From a bacterium (lineage in GTDB: Bacteria > CSSED10-310 > JAJRTK01), in assembly GCA_024278345.1 (NCBI GenBank), contig JAJRTK010000512.1, positions 1-50,096 on the forward strand: a stretch of 50,096 nucleotides of DNA. The letters are read 5' to 3'. Made by a program: the position numbers and the translations under genes. Positions 16,807 to 27,200 of the stretch are shown one piece after another (the stretch's first letter is position 1; every line of letters starts with the position of its first letter). The notes beneath the pieces were generated by a model. The model had not been told where the DNA came from and searched no databases. It worked only from the letters and a program-made list of their open reading frames with translations.

Positions 16807-17383
16807 CATCGAGATTGCCCTTAATGAGGGGCGTATTCGCGTCAATCCCGAACCCGACCTCGTGGCCCAGCTTGGCGCCTGCTCCCTCGATTTTCGCCTG
16901 GGCACGCTCTTTCGGGTCTTCGAACACTCCCGCTACCCCTACATCGATCCCTGCAAGGGCATGGATGTAGATGCCCTCATGTCCAGCGTGAAGACGCCCC
17001 CGGGCGAGCCGTTCATCATGCAGCCCGGCGAGTTGGTGCTGGCCGTCACCATGGAGTGGCTCGAACTGGCCGACGATCTCGCCGCAAGGATGGAGGGCCG
17101 CTCTTCCCTGGGACGCCTGGGCATCATCGTCCACGGGACCGCCTGCCTCTTCGATCCCGGTTGGCGCGGCGTTCCCACCATGGAGATCGGGAATCTGGGC
17201 AGGATGCCCGTGGCCCTCTACCCGGGCATGAAGATCTGCTCCTTCACCTTCGAGCCTCTTTCGTCGCCCGCCCGCGTTCCCTACTACAAGAAGCCCGGAA
17301 ACAAATATGCCGGCCAGCGGAGCCCCGAGGCAAGCCGCCTTGGCGACGAATTCCTCGAATCTCCCGCCGACAGGGCCCTCTAA
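16787..17383 (+). CDS. dcd: dCTP deaminase
   Basis: GTG 16787 with GGGAGAA 7 nt upstream. It overlaps the symporter 3' end by 20 nt. The ~198-aa product begins LLSDRDIEIALNEGRIRVNP and contains GWRGVPTMEIGNLG, typical of Dcd (dUTPase fold). Confidence 0.85.
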   Translation: MLLSDRDIEIALNEGRIRVNPEPDLVAQLGACSLDFRLGTLFRVFEHSRYPYIDPCKGMDVDALMSSVKTPPGEPFIMQPGELVLAVTMEWLELADDLAARMEGRSSLGRLGIIVHGTACLFDPGWRGVPTMEIGNLGRMPVALYPGMKICSFTFEPLSSPARVPYYKKPGNKYAGQRSPEASRLGDEFLESPADRAL

Positions 17384-17474
17384 CGCGAAGGCTCGGTCGG
17401 CGCGAAGCTGGCCAAGTCAGCCCGGTCGGCGCCATTCATCGAGACGCTGGCCGATTCCCACCAAGGAGGAAACC

Positions 17475-18101
17475 ATGCAATTCTGGAGCGACAGTTTCAA
17501 GGATGGCCAACCCATTCCGGTCGCCAATGCTTTTGGGAAGTACAATTCCCACAGCCATGTAGAGCTCTCGGACAACAAAAACCCACACTTCGCCTGGTCC
17601 GGTCTCCCGGAAGGCACCCGTTCCCTGGTCCTGATTTGCCGCGATCCCGATGTTCCCAGCAAGCCTGATGACGTCAATCAGGAGGGCCGCGCGGTACCGG
17701 CGAGTTTGCCTCGGGTGGACTTCACTCACTGGCTCCTGGTGGAGATCCGGCCCGGTGGATCGCCCATCCTGGAAGGCGAGTTTTCCCACGGCATTACGCC
17801 TCGGGGAAAGAGCGGCCCAGCGGGCCCAAGGAACACACGCCAAGGTGTGAACGACTACACCGCCTGGTTCCAGGGTGATGCCGACATGGAGGGGACCTAC
17901 TTCGGATACGACGGCCCCTGTCCCCCGTGGAACGACGAGATCGTCCACCACTACCATTTCACTCTCTACGCCCTGGATGTGGAGAGGTGTCCCGTGGAGG
18001 GGAACTTCACCGTGGATGACGTCAAGAAGGCGATGGAGGGGCAGATCCTGGATCAGGCGACCCTGGTGGGCACCTACCACATAAATCCCGACGCCAAGTG
18101 A
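17475..18101 (+). CDS. YbhB/YbcL-family phosphatidylethanolamine-binding (PEBP / Raf-kinase-inhibitor-like) protein
   Basis: ATG 17475 preceded by AAGGAGGA. MQFWSDSFKDGQPIP..NKNPHFAWSGLPEGTRSLVLICRDPDVP..THWLL..YDGPCPP..HHYHFTLYALD match bacterial PEBP signatures. Confidence 0.85.
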   Translation: MQFWSDSFKDGQPIPVANAFGKYNSHSHVELSDNKNPHFAWSGLPEGTRSLVLICRDPDVPSKPDDVNQEGRAVPASLPRVDFTHWLLVEIRPGGSPILEGEFSHGITPRGKSGPAGPRNTRQGVNDYTAWFQGDADMEGTYFGYDGPCPPWNDEIVHHYHFTLYALDVERCPVEGNFTVDDVKKAMEGQILDQATLVGTYHINPDAK

Positions 18102-18184
18102 GCCTTGATTGCTCTCGACCATAGGGTTATCATCGCAGCCATGGACTTTTTGGGGCGTTGAGTTCCGTTGGGGTGCGGCCCCGA

Positions 18185-18271
18185 CCCGCGCCCGCGGCGC
18201 GGGGCCGCCGCGCAGGCCCTTCGCGGCTAGGCGGGCGCCGACTTCCCGCGCCCGCGGCGCGGGGCCGCCGC
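18185..18271. repeat. two perfect 27-nt palindrome-containing direct repeats (REP-like) between convergent genes
   Basis: CCCGCGCCCGCGGCGCGGGGCCGCCGC occurs at 18185-18211 and 18245-18271. Each contains an 8-bp stem, CCCGCGCC/GGCGCGGG, around a CGC loop. The repeats lie between the PEBP stop (18101) and the carboxylase stop (18329) and probably act as a bidirectional terminator or REP. Confidence 0.7.
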
Positions 18272-18328
18272 CCCTTGCTCCATTCCCCCGGGGCATGGTA
18301 CGCCGGCGGACCCGCCACGCTGCGCCCC

Positions 18329-21300
18329 CTAGACCCGGCGTCGGATCATGGGGGGGACCAGCGGAGTCTTCTCCGTCAGGATTCCCTCCATCTGAATGGT
18401 CCTTGCCATTCCCCGTTCCACGGCATTCACAAGGTAGGGCCGGAGGAGGTTGGGTGGCAAGATATGGTCGATGGAGCCCACACGCTGGGCTCGTTGCACC
18501 GTATGGATGGCGTCGAACTCTTCGGCCACTTCGCCGAGCTTTTCGGCGTGGACCTTTTTCCGGAGGTCGTCGAGCTGTGTTCTGAGGCGGTGTTTGTGGG
18601 GTTCCTTGGCTTCGGCAAGCTCTTGTTCCAGCCGTTTGACTCGTTCATCAAGTCCGACTCGTGCCTGCACTTCCCGAGCAAAGACGACGGCTGCCGCCGG
18701 TGCGCCGCCGATGACGGAGGCATAGCTTCCTTCCAAGGCGGCGACTTCGACACTTTCGTTCAGGGCCTTGGAAAAGACGACGTAGGCGCCGCCGTGGTAT
18801 CTGGAAATCACGCAAAAGACGACGGGGCCGCGGAAGTTGACGATGGCCCTGCCGATTTCGGCTCCGTGCTCCAACTGAAGCTCTCGCATGGATTCCGGCG
18901 AGCCGTCGAAACCGGACAGGTTTGCCAGGATGACGACGGGCCGAAGCCCGCTAGAGGAGTTGATGGCTCGTGCGACCTTCTTTGAAGAGAGGGGAAAGAG
19001 AGTTCCCGCGGTCCAGCGGTCAGGACCATCGGCCGGTGCGTAGCCAAGGCGGCTGAGGTTTTTCGATTCGATCCCTATGAGGCAGATGGAGCGTCCTCCA
19101 AGCCTTGCCGACCAGACCACGGCGGTTTCGGCATCGCGCATGGCGGCCCAACGTTCCATGGGCGTGCAGTCCTGATCGACCACGGAGGCCATGACGGCCC
19201 GGATCTCGAAAGGCCGCTTGCGGGCGGGGTTCTTCTTCGCTGAGAAGATATCGGCCACTTGTTCGAATTCGGCTGTCCCATGAAGGTGGACTCCGGCATC
19301 CCGCTCGGTGGGATCGGCTGTTTCAAAGCGCCTTGGAAATCTTTCCCCGGAAGCCACGTAGGTATACTCGTAATGGCGGAAGAGGAGGTGGCAGGCGTTG
19401 GTGAAATCTTCCGCCCAAAACTGGGCCTGGCCATTGGGTCCCATGATGTGCTCGTATCCGCCGATCCCCTGATTCGTGTCGGCGGAGACTCCGCCGGAGT
19501 AGTCCAAGGCCTTCTTGCCCGTGAGGAGCATGGCCCCTTCGGGGATCATGATCAAGATTCCCCGGGTGTGCATAAGCATGGTGGCTTCGGCGTTCCAGTA
19601 GGACTGTGCCCCCACATTGACGGCATGGGCGACAATATTGACTTCGCCGCCATCGCGGGTGAATTCGATGAGCCGCCGGAGGACGCGGGCAGTCCAGTCC
19701 AGGTTCTCCGTGCCGCTATCCATGGCGATCTTGGCCCCTGCTGAGACGGAGAACCATTCTACGGGTACGCCGAGATTTTGAGCCAGATCGATAGCTTGAA
19801 TAATCCGGCGGCACTCGGGTTCCGCCAAGGATCCCATGGACTTGCTGGGGTCCCCAAGGATCACCACGCGAGTGATTCCGTCGGGGTAGCGTTTGGTGAA
19901 GTTTTTCAACAGGCCCACAACCAGATTGGCTTCATTGAGGCCATAGGGGCGCTGTACCGGAACGAGCCGCTGAGCGTAGTCGAGATCGTATTCCACAAAT
20001 TCGCCGGGCGGGAATTCTGAACGGACGCCTTCCTTGGCTGGCGTGAGCATCCGGATGATTTCGTAGGGATAGATGAGCCCCCGCTGGCGCATGCGGACAA
20101 CTTTCCGCTCGTACTCGGAAAGGGGGCGAATGAGCTCATGCGTAGGCTCGTCGATATGGAGGACCAGTTGGGCTCCGGTGGGATTGGACATCCCGAGGAT
20201 CTTGCTCCGCTCGACGCCCAGTTCCTTGTCGAGAATACGGACGTGCATGGTGATCTTTTCCAAGCCGAGCTCGGCGGTGGAAGCGCCGACGCGGCGAATG
20301 ACTGTCCTGAGATCTTCGGGTTCGAGTTCTAGTCTGGGCCAGACGTAGAGGATCACGCGATTCCAGTGGAGCCGCTTCCTGAGGGTGCGATGGGATTGGA
20401 ACATCCGGATGCCAGCCAACGCCTCGGAGACGGTCCTTTCCAGGTAGGGAAGCTGCACGACGTTCCCGCGGGAATCGCGGACGGGCGTGAGATCCCAGAC
20501 CTCGGCGAAGGCGAAGATCCTTTCGTCCCTGGGATTGTCCCGGGCTACGCCGTGGAAGAGATAGAGGTCTTCCACCGAGGGCAGGCGCTGGATCTTGAAG
20601 TTCCCCAGGCGCCAGAGCTCCAGGCGTTTGCCCATCATGGGGTGAAGTCCCCGATAGAGCTTTTCTTCCCAGTATCCCTTGTCCGAGGGCCGGAAAGTGT
20701 ATTGCTCCATCCCCTCGCGGCCATCGTGGAGGCTAGGGCCGGCGACGGCGAAGAAGACGCGGCGAAGTGGTTCGGGGAAGGACTCGTCCAAGAGCTTGGT
20801 CAGCTCTTTGGAGCGTCGCTCCTGATCGCAATGACCGCCCTCGTCCCAGACGTAAAAATCGATGAGCACCTGCCGCTCATCCGCGATGCTCTCCGCGAGG
20901 TCGCGGAGAGCGCGAGCCGCCTGGGGAAGCTCCTGATAGCCCACGTGGAGTGACAAGAGCAAGAGCTGCCGGTCGTCGTATTCGTATTCGGCCGTTCCAA
21001 CGCTCCATCGACCGGCGGAGTAGAAACGGATGTTTTCCAGGTTCCGGATGCAATAGTAACGGCGCATGATCACTTCGAGCATCCGATCCCGCATCTCGGG
21101 GGAGGCCTGGTGGAATCGGCGGCTGAAGACGCCAACGATCTGTTGCGGACAATCGACGAGCTGCTGGAGGAGGCTTTCGCGTTCGTCATCGGATGGGCAG
21201 GCGATGAGGCGTTGGAGGTGGCTTTCCATTCGGGCGAAAGTTTCCTGACGCACTTCGTCGAAGAGGGGTTGCTCGAAAATGCGGTAGCGCACTTCTCGCG

Positions 21301-23944
21301 CCAGATCGGCCAGAGCGGGGTTTTGGCCCAAAGCCGCGAAGACCAGGCGGTCGAGGAGATCCCGGAACGAGCTGGCGTCAGTCTTTGGGATCATGCGGTC
21401 CGGTTCAAGGCACTGTTCCAGGAGCTCCAAGATCGCCGGAATCTGCTGCTCGGTACGTCGTCTGGCCTTGAAGATCCAGAGAAGGGCTTCTTCCAGTGGC
21501 TGGGACCGGTCAAGATCTTCCACGCCGTAATGTGCGAGAGCGCGGAGGAGCTTGTCGAGAAAAGACTGGGGAAGTCCTTCGCCCCGGGCGTCGAGGTCTC
21601 GCAGGTAGGTGAAGAGATACTCTTCGTCGCTGACGCGGCCTTCCACCAACAGGCCTTGACCTGCCCGGGTGGATCTTCGGCGGAAGAGGGAGGAGAGATC
21701 GGTAAAAATTTGGAGGAGGTCTTTTTCCTTCGGTCGGAGGAGGAGTTTTTCGTCACCGGCCGCGGGCAGCCGGCGTTCGGACAAGATCCGTTCGACTTCG
21801 GTGGAGGCAACGTCAAACCCGAGCATCAAACTTTTGAGAAGGCGTGTGTTTTCTTCGCGCCGCTCTCCGCTGGCCTGGTGGCCTGCCGGGTCGGAGGCTA
21901 TTTTCTGGAAGGTAGCCCGTTGCGCCAAAGTGGGGGTGGCTGTTTTTTCTTCGGGATCGACCAGGATCAGCGGGGCACCGGCATCGACCTGGACATTGGC
22001 TCTGGTGAGGATTTTTTGGACGCGGCCGCCATAAGGGGCGACGACGGACATCTCCATCTTCATCGCTTCAAGGACCATGAGGCGATCACCGGCTTCGACG
22101 AGATCTCCTGGCTCCACGGGGATGGAGAGGACAACGGCGGGTGCTGGTGCGCGGATAATACCGCCTTCATCGCGAGAGATCTTGTGGGGAATCCCGTTGA
22201 TCTCGATCTGGTGGTGAACGCCGTGGACGACCGTGAGAACGCGATAAGTGCGGCCGCCCACTTTGAGGCGTCTGCCAAAGCGATCCAGGCGCTGGCTCTG
22301 CACGTCTACACTGCACCCGTCGATGCGGATTCTGTAGCGGGAAGCGCCGATCCGGTAGACGGCCATCTCGTAGGAATGGCCGCGATAATGGAGCTCGACG
22401 CTGCGGCCCAGGGTATCTCTCAGGCGTGGGCGGTCGCGGGCGGCGGAGGTGAAGAAGCGCATCCTCTCCAGTTTCAGCTCCGAATCGTAGACATCGATGG
22501 CTGCTTGGAGAATGGCTATTTCCGCATGACGCCGAAGGCTGGCGCCTTTCTGGGCGTTTAGGCGGTCGAGCCAGCCGATGTCGAGGTCGCCGCTCTGGAC
22601 TTCCGGTCTTTCCAGGAGCTCTAGGAGGAACGCCTTGTTGTTCATGCCTCCACGAATGACGATGGCCGCTTCCTGTAGGGCTCGGCGGAGCCGCGCAAGG
22701 GCCTCGTTTCGATCCCGGCCCCAGGCCAGGATCTTCGCCACCATGGAATCGAATTCCGGCGGCACCCGGCTTCCGGCTTGAACCCCTGTATCGACGCGGA
22801 TTCCTGGCCCCGTAGGTACCCGGAAGAGCTCCACCACCCCGGGAGCTGGTGCAAAGCCGTTGTCGGGGTCCTCGGCGTTGATCCGAACTTCGATGGCGTG
22901 GCCCCGGCTCTCGGGGGGCTCGCCTTCGAGGCGGCCGCCCCGGGCCACGTGGAGTTGTAGTTTGACAATATCGACCCCGGTGGTGAACTCTGTGACCGGA
23001 TGCTCGACTTGGAGGCGGACATTGACCTCCATGAAGGCGAAAGCCTTGGTGACGGGATCGTAGAGGAACTCTACCGTACCTGCATTCTGGTAACCGGCGG
23101 CTTCTCCCAGACGAGCCGCCAACATGCGCAGATCTCGATCTTGCTGTTTCGTCAAGGCGGGTGAGGGAGCCTCTTCGAGGACCTTTTGGTTTCTGCGCTG
23201 GATGGTGCAGTCCCGAACCCCGAGTGCCCACATTGTGCCGTAGCCGTCACCGACGATTTGGACCTCAACGTGGCGGGCACCTACGAGCATCCGCTCCAAG
23301 AAAAGAGTGCCATCTCCGAAAGCTCTGAGGGCTTCGAGGCGTGCGCTTTCTAGTCGCTCCTCGAGCTCGTCATCGGAGCACACCTTCCGAATACCGCGTC
23401 CACCCCCGCCAGCGCTGGCCTTGATGAGCAGTGGATAGCCCAATCGCTCCGTGTGGGTTTTCGCCTCTTCCACCGATTCGACGGGTCCGCCGCTCCATGC
23501 GGCGACGGGGACACCTGCCTCTTCGGCGAGGCGCTTCGAGGCGATCTTGTCTCCGAGCCTCCGCATCACGTCGCCGCTCGGTCCGATGAAGACGATGCCG
23601 AGATCCCTGCAAAAATCGGCAAATGCGGCGTGCTCGGCGACAAATCCCCAGCCCACCCAAACGGCATCCGCTTCGGCGGACTTGAGGGCACGCTCAAGCC
23701 GTCCATAATCAAGGTAGCTGCTCTTGCGGCGCCCGTCTTGTGGATCGACCCAGGTGGCGGGTCCCAGCGGAACGGCCTCGTCGGCCTCGTGGACGAACAT
23801 GGCCCCCTGATCGGGTTCGGTGTACAGGGCGATGGTTTCCAAAGGGCCGCCGTTTTCCCGGGCGAATTCCCGGGCGGCATGAATGAGCCGCATGGCTGGC
23901 TCGCCGCGATTGACGATAGCAATTCGACGAAAATCTCTCTGCAT
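18329..23944 (-). CDS. single-chain multidomain biotin-dependent acyl-CoA carboxylase (BC - BCCP - central region - carboxyltransferase), eukaryote-like architecture
   Basis: About 1871 aa from ATG 23944 (GAGGGA upstream; the maximal ORF starts at GTG 23977). Biotin carboxylase N-terminus (RIAIVNRGEPAMRLIHAARE, ASAGGGGRGIRKV). Biotinyl motif VLEAMKMEM. A ~500-aa central region, then two crotonase-like carboxyltransferase halves at the C-terminus. Confidence 0.85.
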   Translation of the reverse strand: MQRDFRRIAIVNRGEPAMRLIHAAREFARENGGPLETIALYTEPDQGAMFVHEADEAVPLGPATWVDPQDGRRKSSYLDYGRLERALKSAEADAVWVGWGFVAEHAAFADFCRDLGIVFIGPSGDVMRRLGDKIASKRLAEEAGVPVAAWSGGPVESVEEAKTHTERLGYPLLIKASAGGGGRGIRKVCSDDELEERLESARLEALRAFGDGTLFLERMLVGARHVEVQIVGDGYGTMWALGVRDCTIQRRNQKVLEEAPSPALTKQQDRDLRMLAARLGEAAGYQNAGTVEFLYDPVTKAFAFMEVNVRLQVEHPVTEFTTGVDIVKLQLHVARGGRLEGEPPESRGHAIEVRINAEDPDNGFAPAPGVVELFRVPTGPGIRVDTGVQAGSRVPPEFDSMVAKILAWGRDRNEALARLRRALQEAAIVIRGGMNNKAFLLELLERPEVQSGDLDIGWLDRLNAQKGASLRRHAEIAILQAAIDVYDSELKLERMRFFTSAARDRPRLRDTLGRSVELHYRGHSYEMAVYRIGASRYRIRIDGCSVDVQSQRLDRFGRRLKVGGRTYRVLTVVHGVHHQIEINGIPHKISRDEGGIIRAPAPAVVLSIPVEPGDLVEAGDRLMVLEAMKMEMSVVAPYGGRVQKILTRANVQVDAGAPLILVDPEEKTATPTLAQRATFQKIASDPAGHQASGERREENTRLLKSLMLGFDVASTEVERILSERRLPAAGDEKLLLRPKEKDLLQIFTDLSSLFRRRSTRAGQGLLVEGRVSDEEYLFTYLRDLDARGEGLPQSFLDKLLRALAHYGVEDLDRSQPLEEALLWIFKARRRTEQQIPAILELLEQCLEPDRMIPKTDASSFRDLLDRLVFAALGQNPALADLAREVRYRIFEQPLFDEVRQETFARMESHLQRLIACPSDDERESLLQQLVDCPQQIVGVFSRRFHQASPEMRDRMLEVIMRRYYCIRNLENIRFYSAGRWSVGTAEYEYDDRQLLLLSLHVGYQELPQAARALRDLAESIADERQVLIDFYVWDEGGHCDQERRSKELTKLLDESFPEPLRRVFFAVAGPSLHDGREGMEQYTFRPSDKGYWEEKLYRGLHPMMGKRLELWRLGNFKIQRLPSVEDLYLFHGVARDNPRDERIFAFAEVWDLTPVRDSRGNVVQLPYLERTVSEALAGIRMFQSHRTLRKRLHWNRVILYVWPRLELEPEDLRTVIRRVGASTAELGLEKITMHVRILDKELGVERSKILGMSNPTGAQLVLHIDEPTHELIRPLSEYERKVVRMRQRGLIYPYEIIRMLTPAKEGVRSEFPPGEFVEYDLDYAQRLVPVQRPYGLNEANLVVGLLKNFTKRYPDGITRVVILGDPSKSMGSLAEPECRRIIQAIDLAQNLGVPVEWFSVSAGAKIAMDSGTENLDWTARVLRRLIEFTRDGGEVNIVAHAVNVGAQSYWNAEATMLMHTRGILIMIPEGAMLLTGKKALDYSGGVSADTNQGIGGYEHIMGPNGQAQFWAEDFTNACHLLFRHYEYTYVASGERFPRRFETADPTERDAGVHLHGTAEFEQVADIFSAKKNPARKRPFEIRAVMASVVDQDCTPMERWAAMRDAETAVVWSARLGGRSICLIGIESKNLSRLGYAPADGPDRWTAGTLFPLSSKKVARAINSSSGLRPVVILANLSGFDGSPESMRELQLEHGAEIGRAIVNFRGPVVFCVISRYHGGAYVVFSKALNESVEVAALEGSYASVIGGAPAAAVVFAREVQARVGLDERVKRLEQELAEAKEPHKHRLRTQLDDLRKKVHAEKLGEVAEEFDAIHTVQRAQRVGSIDHILPPNLLRPYLVNAVERGMARTIQMEGILTEKTPLVPPMIRRRV

Positions 23945-24114
23945 CCCGGTCCCTCGATTCCGCCCCAGATTCGACACACTCTCCGCCAGTCTGTAGCGGT
24001 GGCTGATTCAACGGTCTCACCGGTCTCCTCGCCGGTAGAAAGACCTATTAACACGATGGCGGGACTTGCGTCACCCGCAGAGGGGATAATCCCGTTTTCG
24101 GCGGGCCACGCCGC

Positions 24115-24172
24115 GGCGGCGAAAGGCGAGTAGCGCGCAACGGACGTGAGCGATGGGAGCGGAATGCAACCC
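24115..24172 (+). repeat. dispersed intergenic repeat, copy B
   Basis: GGCGGCGAAAGGCGAGTAGCGCGCAACGGACGTGAGCGATGGGAGCGGAATGCAACCC. In my hand alignment, 37 of 42 positions are identical to the reverse complement of 43596-43637. Confidence 0.65.
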
Positions 24173-24267
24173 AGAGACGTGGAGTCCGGGATCGACAATT
24201 CCCGGCGAAGGAGGTTACCATCCGGTCGATTGGATTTTCGAGCAACCAAACCAGAATCGAGAACCGA

Positions 24268-27200
24268 GTGAACAGAGCGTCCTACAGTCAGCTTTGTCGT
24301 GGATTTCTACTGGGGGTTCTGCTCGTGGGGCTGCTTTGGAGTCCGGCGCTGCTGCCTTGTTCCGGGGCGCAGCCAAAGGCGGCAACTTCCACAAGAGCCG
24401 GGACACCGGGGAAAACAACGCCCAGCCAGACTCCCTCCGAGGAAGGAACGGCGGTGGGGGCCCAGGATACGCCTTCATCCTCCGCAATTCCTACAGAAAT
24501 CCCGTTTTTGGAAAGTGGCGGCGTTCCCCTGGACGATGCGCGCCTGGGAGTGCTCATAGGCAAGACCAAGGCCACCCTTGTCGATGAGGAGGCAAAGGAC
24601 AACCCCGATCCGGCGCTTCTTGCCTTTGAAAACCGCACGTTAGCCATTTTGGAAGGCATCTTGAGCCTTTACGGGGCGGAGCGGGCCTATCCCCAGAGAC
24701 GCGGGGAGGTGGAGGAGCGGTTGCTGCGGCTTCGGGCTGAAAAGGAGGCCATGGGGAAACCCTCTGAGCCGAAAGCCCCAAAACCAGAAGGCCCAGAATC
24801 AGGAGCAGAGCGAGACGAGATCCCCTTGTCTACGGACCGGCTTGCGGAAATCGCGGCGACGATTGCAGAGTTGCGGGGGAAATTGGCGGAGCTGGAAAAA
24901 GAGGCTCTCCGTGCGCAGCAGGCGGGCAGTCTGTTGGATTCCTCCGCCAGATCCAACGAAAACCTCCGGTCTGAATCAGAGGGGGTGCGCCAGGAGTATC
25001 TGGGGAAGCTGGCCAAGGCGCAGGGGGTCAATGCGCCGCCTCAACAGATCGCGGACCTGGAACGCCGCATCCAGGCCCGGGACCTCACGATTGCGTATTC
25101 TGAGCGGAGGTCGAAACAGATCGAAAAGGAGCGGGAGCTCTTGGCCATGTCCGATGAAGCTCTGGCCCTTGAGCGTTCGATCCTTCAAGCGAAGAGCGAA
25201 GCAGCCGAAAAGATGCGCGCCCTTGTCAGCCAGCGGCTGGAAGATGCCTTGAGCCAGAATGTCTTCGAGTCGGAAAAGGGTCTCGAAGAGGCAAGGAAGC
25301 TGGCAAGAATGGCCCAAACATCTCATGCCAGGCTTCGGGCGAACAAGCGTGTCGAGGAAAAGCTCATCGACACGCAGCGGCTTCGATTCAAGGCCGAAAA
25401 GCGTCAGGCGCTCCAGGGAGCCCGGGAGGTCTTGCTCGGGATCGAAGAGCTGAGGGCTGAGCTGGAACTGGCGAAAACCGCCGTGAAACACCTTGAGGAA
25501 ACCCGGAAGCTTGGTCGTCCCAGCGCGTTGAGGGCAAAGCAGGTCTCGGATCTACTCCACAGCCTCCGTCACCGTGCCCGCCGGCTCCAGGAGGCGCGCC
25601 GGCCACTGCTGGCGGATCTCGGAGGGTTGGCAGGCAGGCTGGAGGCTGGGAAAGCCGATCTCCAGAACCGTTTGCGCCACCTTGGAGCGAGTTTTAGGAG
25701 CCACCGGGAAAAGGCGAGGTCGCTATTCGAGCAGGGCCAAGGCCAGCACCGTCGCCGGGGGTTTTGGGGCTGGAAGAGGGAGGTGGAGGCTTGGAAAAAG
25801 CTCGAGTCGGACACCAGGAGCACCCTCGTCACGTTCCTGGAGGAGATCGCCGCGGCAGAGAACGAGCTTCAGGAGCTCACCCTCACCGTGGAAGGAGCGG
25901 ATACTGCGCTTGAGGAGATCAAAAAATTCGTCCGCAAGCACCACCGCTACAAAAAAACGCCTTTGCGAATTTCCATTGGTTCTTTGAAGCGCCTGCCTTC
26001 GGATATGCTCGACGGGGCGGATGGGGTTTGGGCTTTTCTGATGAAGATGCCGGCGAGCTTCTCGGCCTTCACTGCCCAGGATGAAGTTCTCTACGCCATG
26101 GCCGCCATCCTTGTCTTGGGAGGCCTCCTGCTGCCCGCGCTGATCCTCATTCGCCGCTTTCTTGCTTGGGAGCTGGCCTCTCCCGATCCGATCGTCCTCG
26201 ACATCCTCGGGCCCGTGGGCATTTTTGGTGGCCGGGTCTTCCTCCAGATCTCCGGGACGGTTTTCCTCTCTGGGTGGCTCGTGGCGACGAGCTGGCTCCT
26301 ACCTTTGGAGCCGGCAACGGCAAGGTTCGCGCAAGTTTTGATCCTTTCTCTTGCTGCGGCAGTCATTGGAAGCTGTTTCTGCCGTGAGCTCGCGTCGATC
26401 CCTGCCAGGGAGTCCGGAGCTTCCAAAGAAGAAAAAGCCGCAAGCGACTCCCGAAGGCACCTGGTAACGACCCTTCACAGGCTTCTTCTTTGGTCGCTTT
26501 TCTTTGTTCCCGCGGTCCTCCTGTTGGAAACCACCCAGTACAGTAACCACGGCTTTCTGGACCTTCTTTGGCTTGTTCACAACACTGGTGTCTTCGCTTT
26601 GGCCATCGGTTTCTTGCGCCATCGCCGACGAGTGATCGGACTGTTGAGTTCCCGGTCCGGCAAGTGGTGGAAGGCGAGCAAGCTGGTCTTGGAGGTCTTG
26701 CGGCCCATCATGATCGCTGCTGGAATCTGGATTTTCCTGCTGTGGGTCACGGGAACCAGGGAATATGCTGCGTCGCGACTGATGAGCGTGCTTCACGTCT
26801 TTTTGGCTCTCCTCATCGTTCCAGCCGCAACGACAGTGGTTCTCGAAGCACTGCCAAGGCTGGTGAACAGGCTTTCGGCATCGGCGCCTCCGGTTTCTCC
26901 CCTTCATGCAGCCTGCGACCACAGCCTGCTCTACACTCGCCTTCTAGTGGTGCTCCTAGCCATAGTAACGGCGCTGTTCTGGGTGTTGGCGGCTTGGGGA
27001 CTCTCCCCGCGTGAGACGTTTGAAATCCTTGGCAATCCGCTCCCCTGGATCGATCCCGAGTCCATGCGGCCCACAAGCTACCTGGGTCTGTTCCAGGCCA
27101 TCCTGAGCTTTCTTCTGTCGGTGGCGACAGCCAACTATGCCCGGGATATGCTCCGGGAAGTGTGGCTCCCCCTTTCGGCGGTGGAACGGGGCCTTGGATA

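Noticed and set aside
18185-18271. CRISPR-like geometry: a 27-nt repeat, a 33-nt spacer and a second 27-nt repeat
   Set aside because: There are only two copies and no cas genes in 50 kb. The repeat is an extremely GC-rich palindrome sitting between convergent genes, so a REP or terminator element is the simpler explanation.
21110-23231. Long ORFs inside the carboxylase gene: 21110..22561 (+) of 483 aa and 22167..23231 (-, alternative frame) of 354 aa
   Set aside because: They are antisense or off-frame to an ORF with clear BC, BCCP and CT motifs. The translations are Arg/Gly/Pro/Ala-rich with no motifs. Such ORFs are a typical artefact of high GC content.
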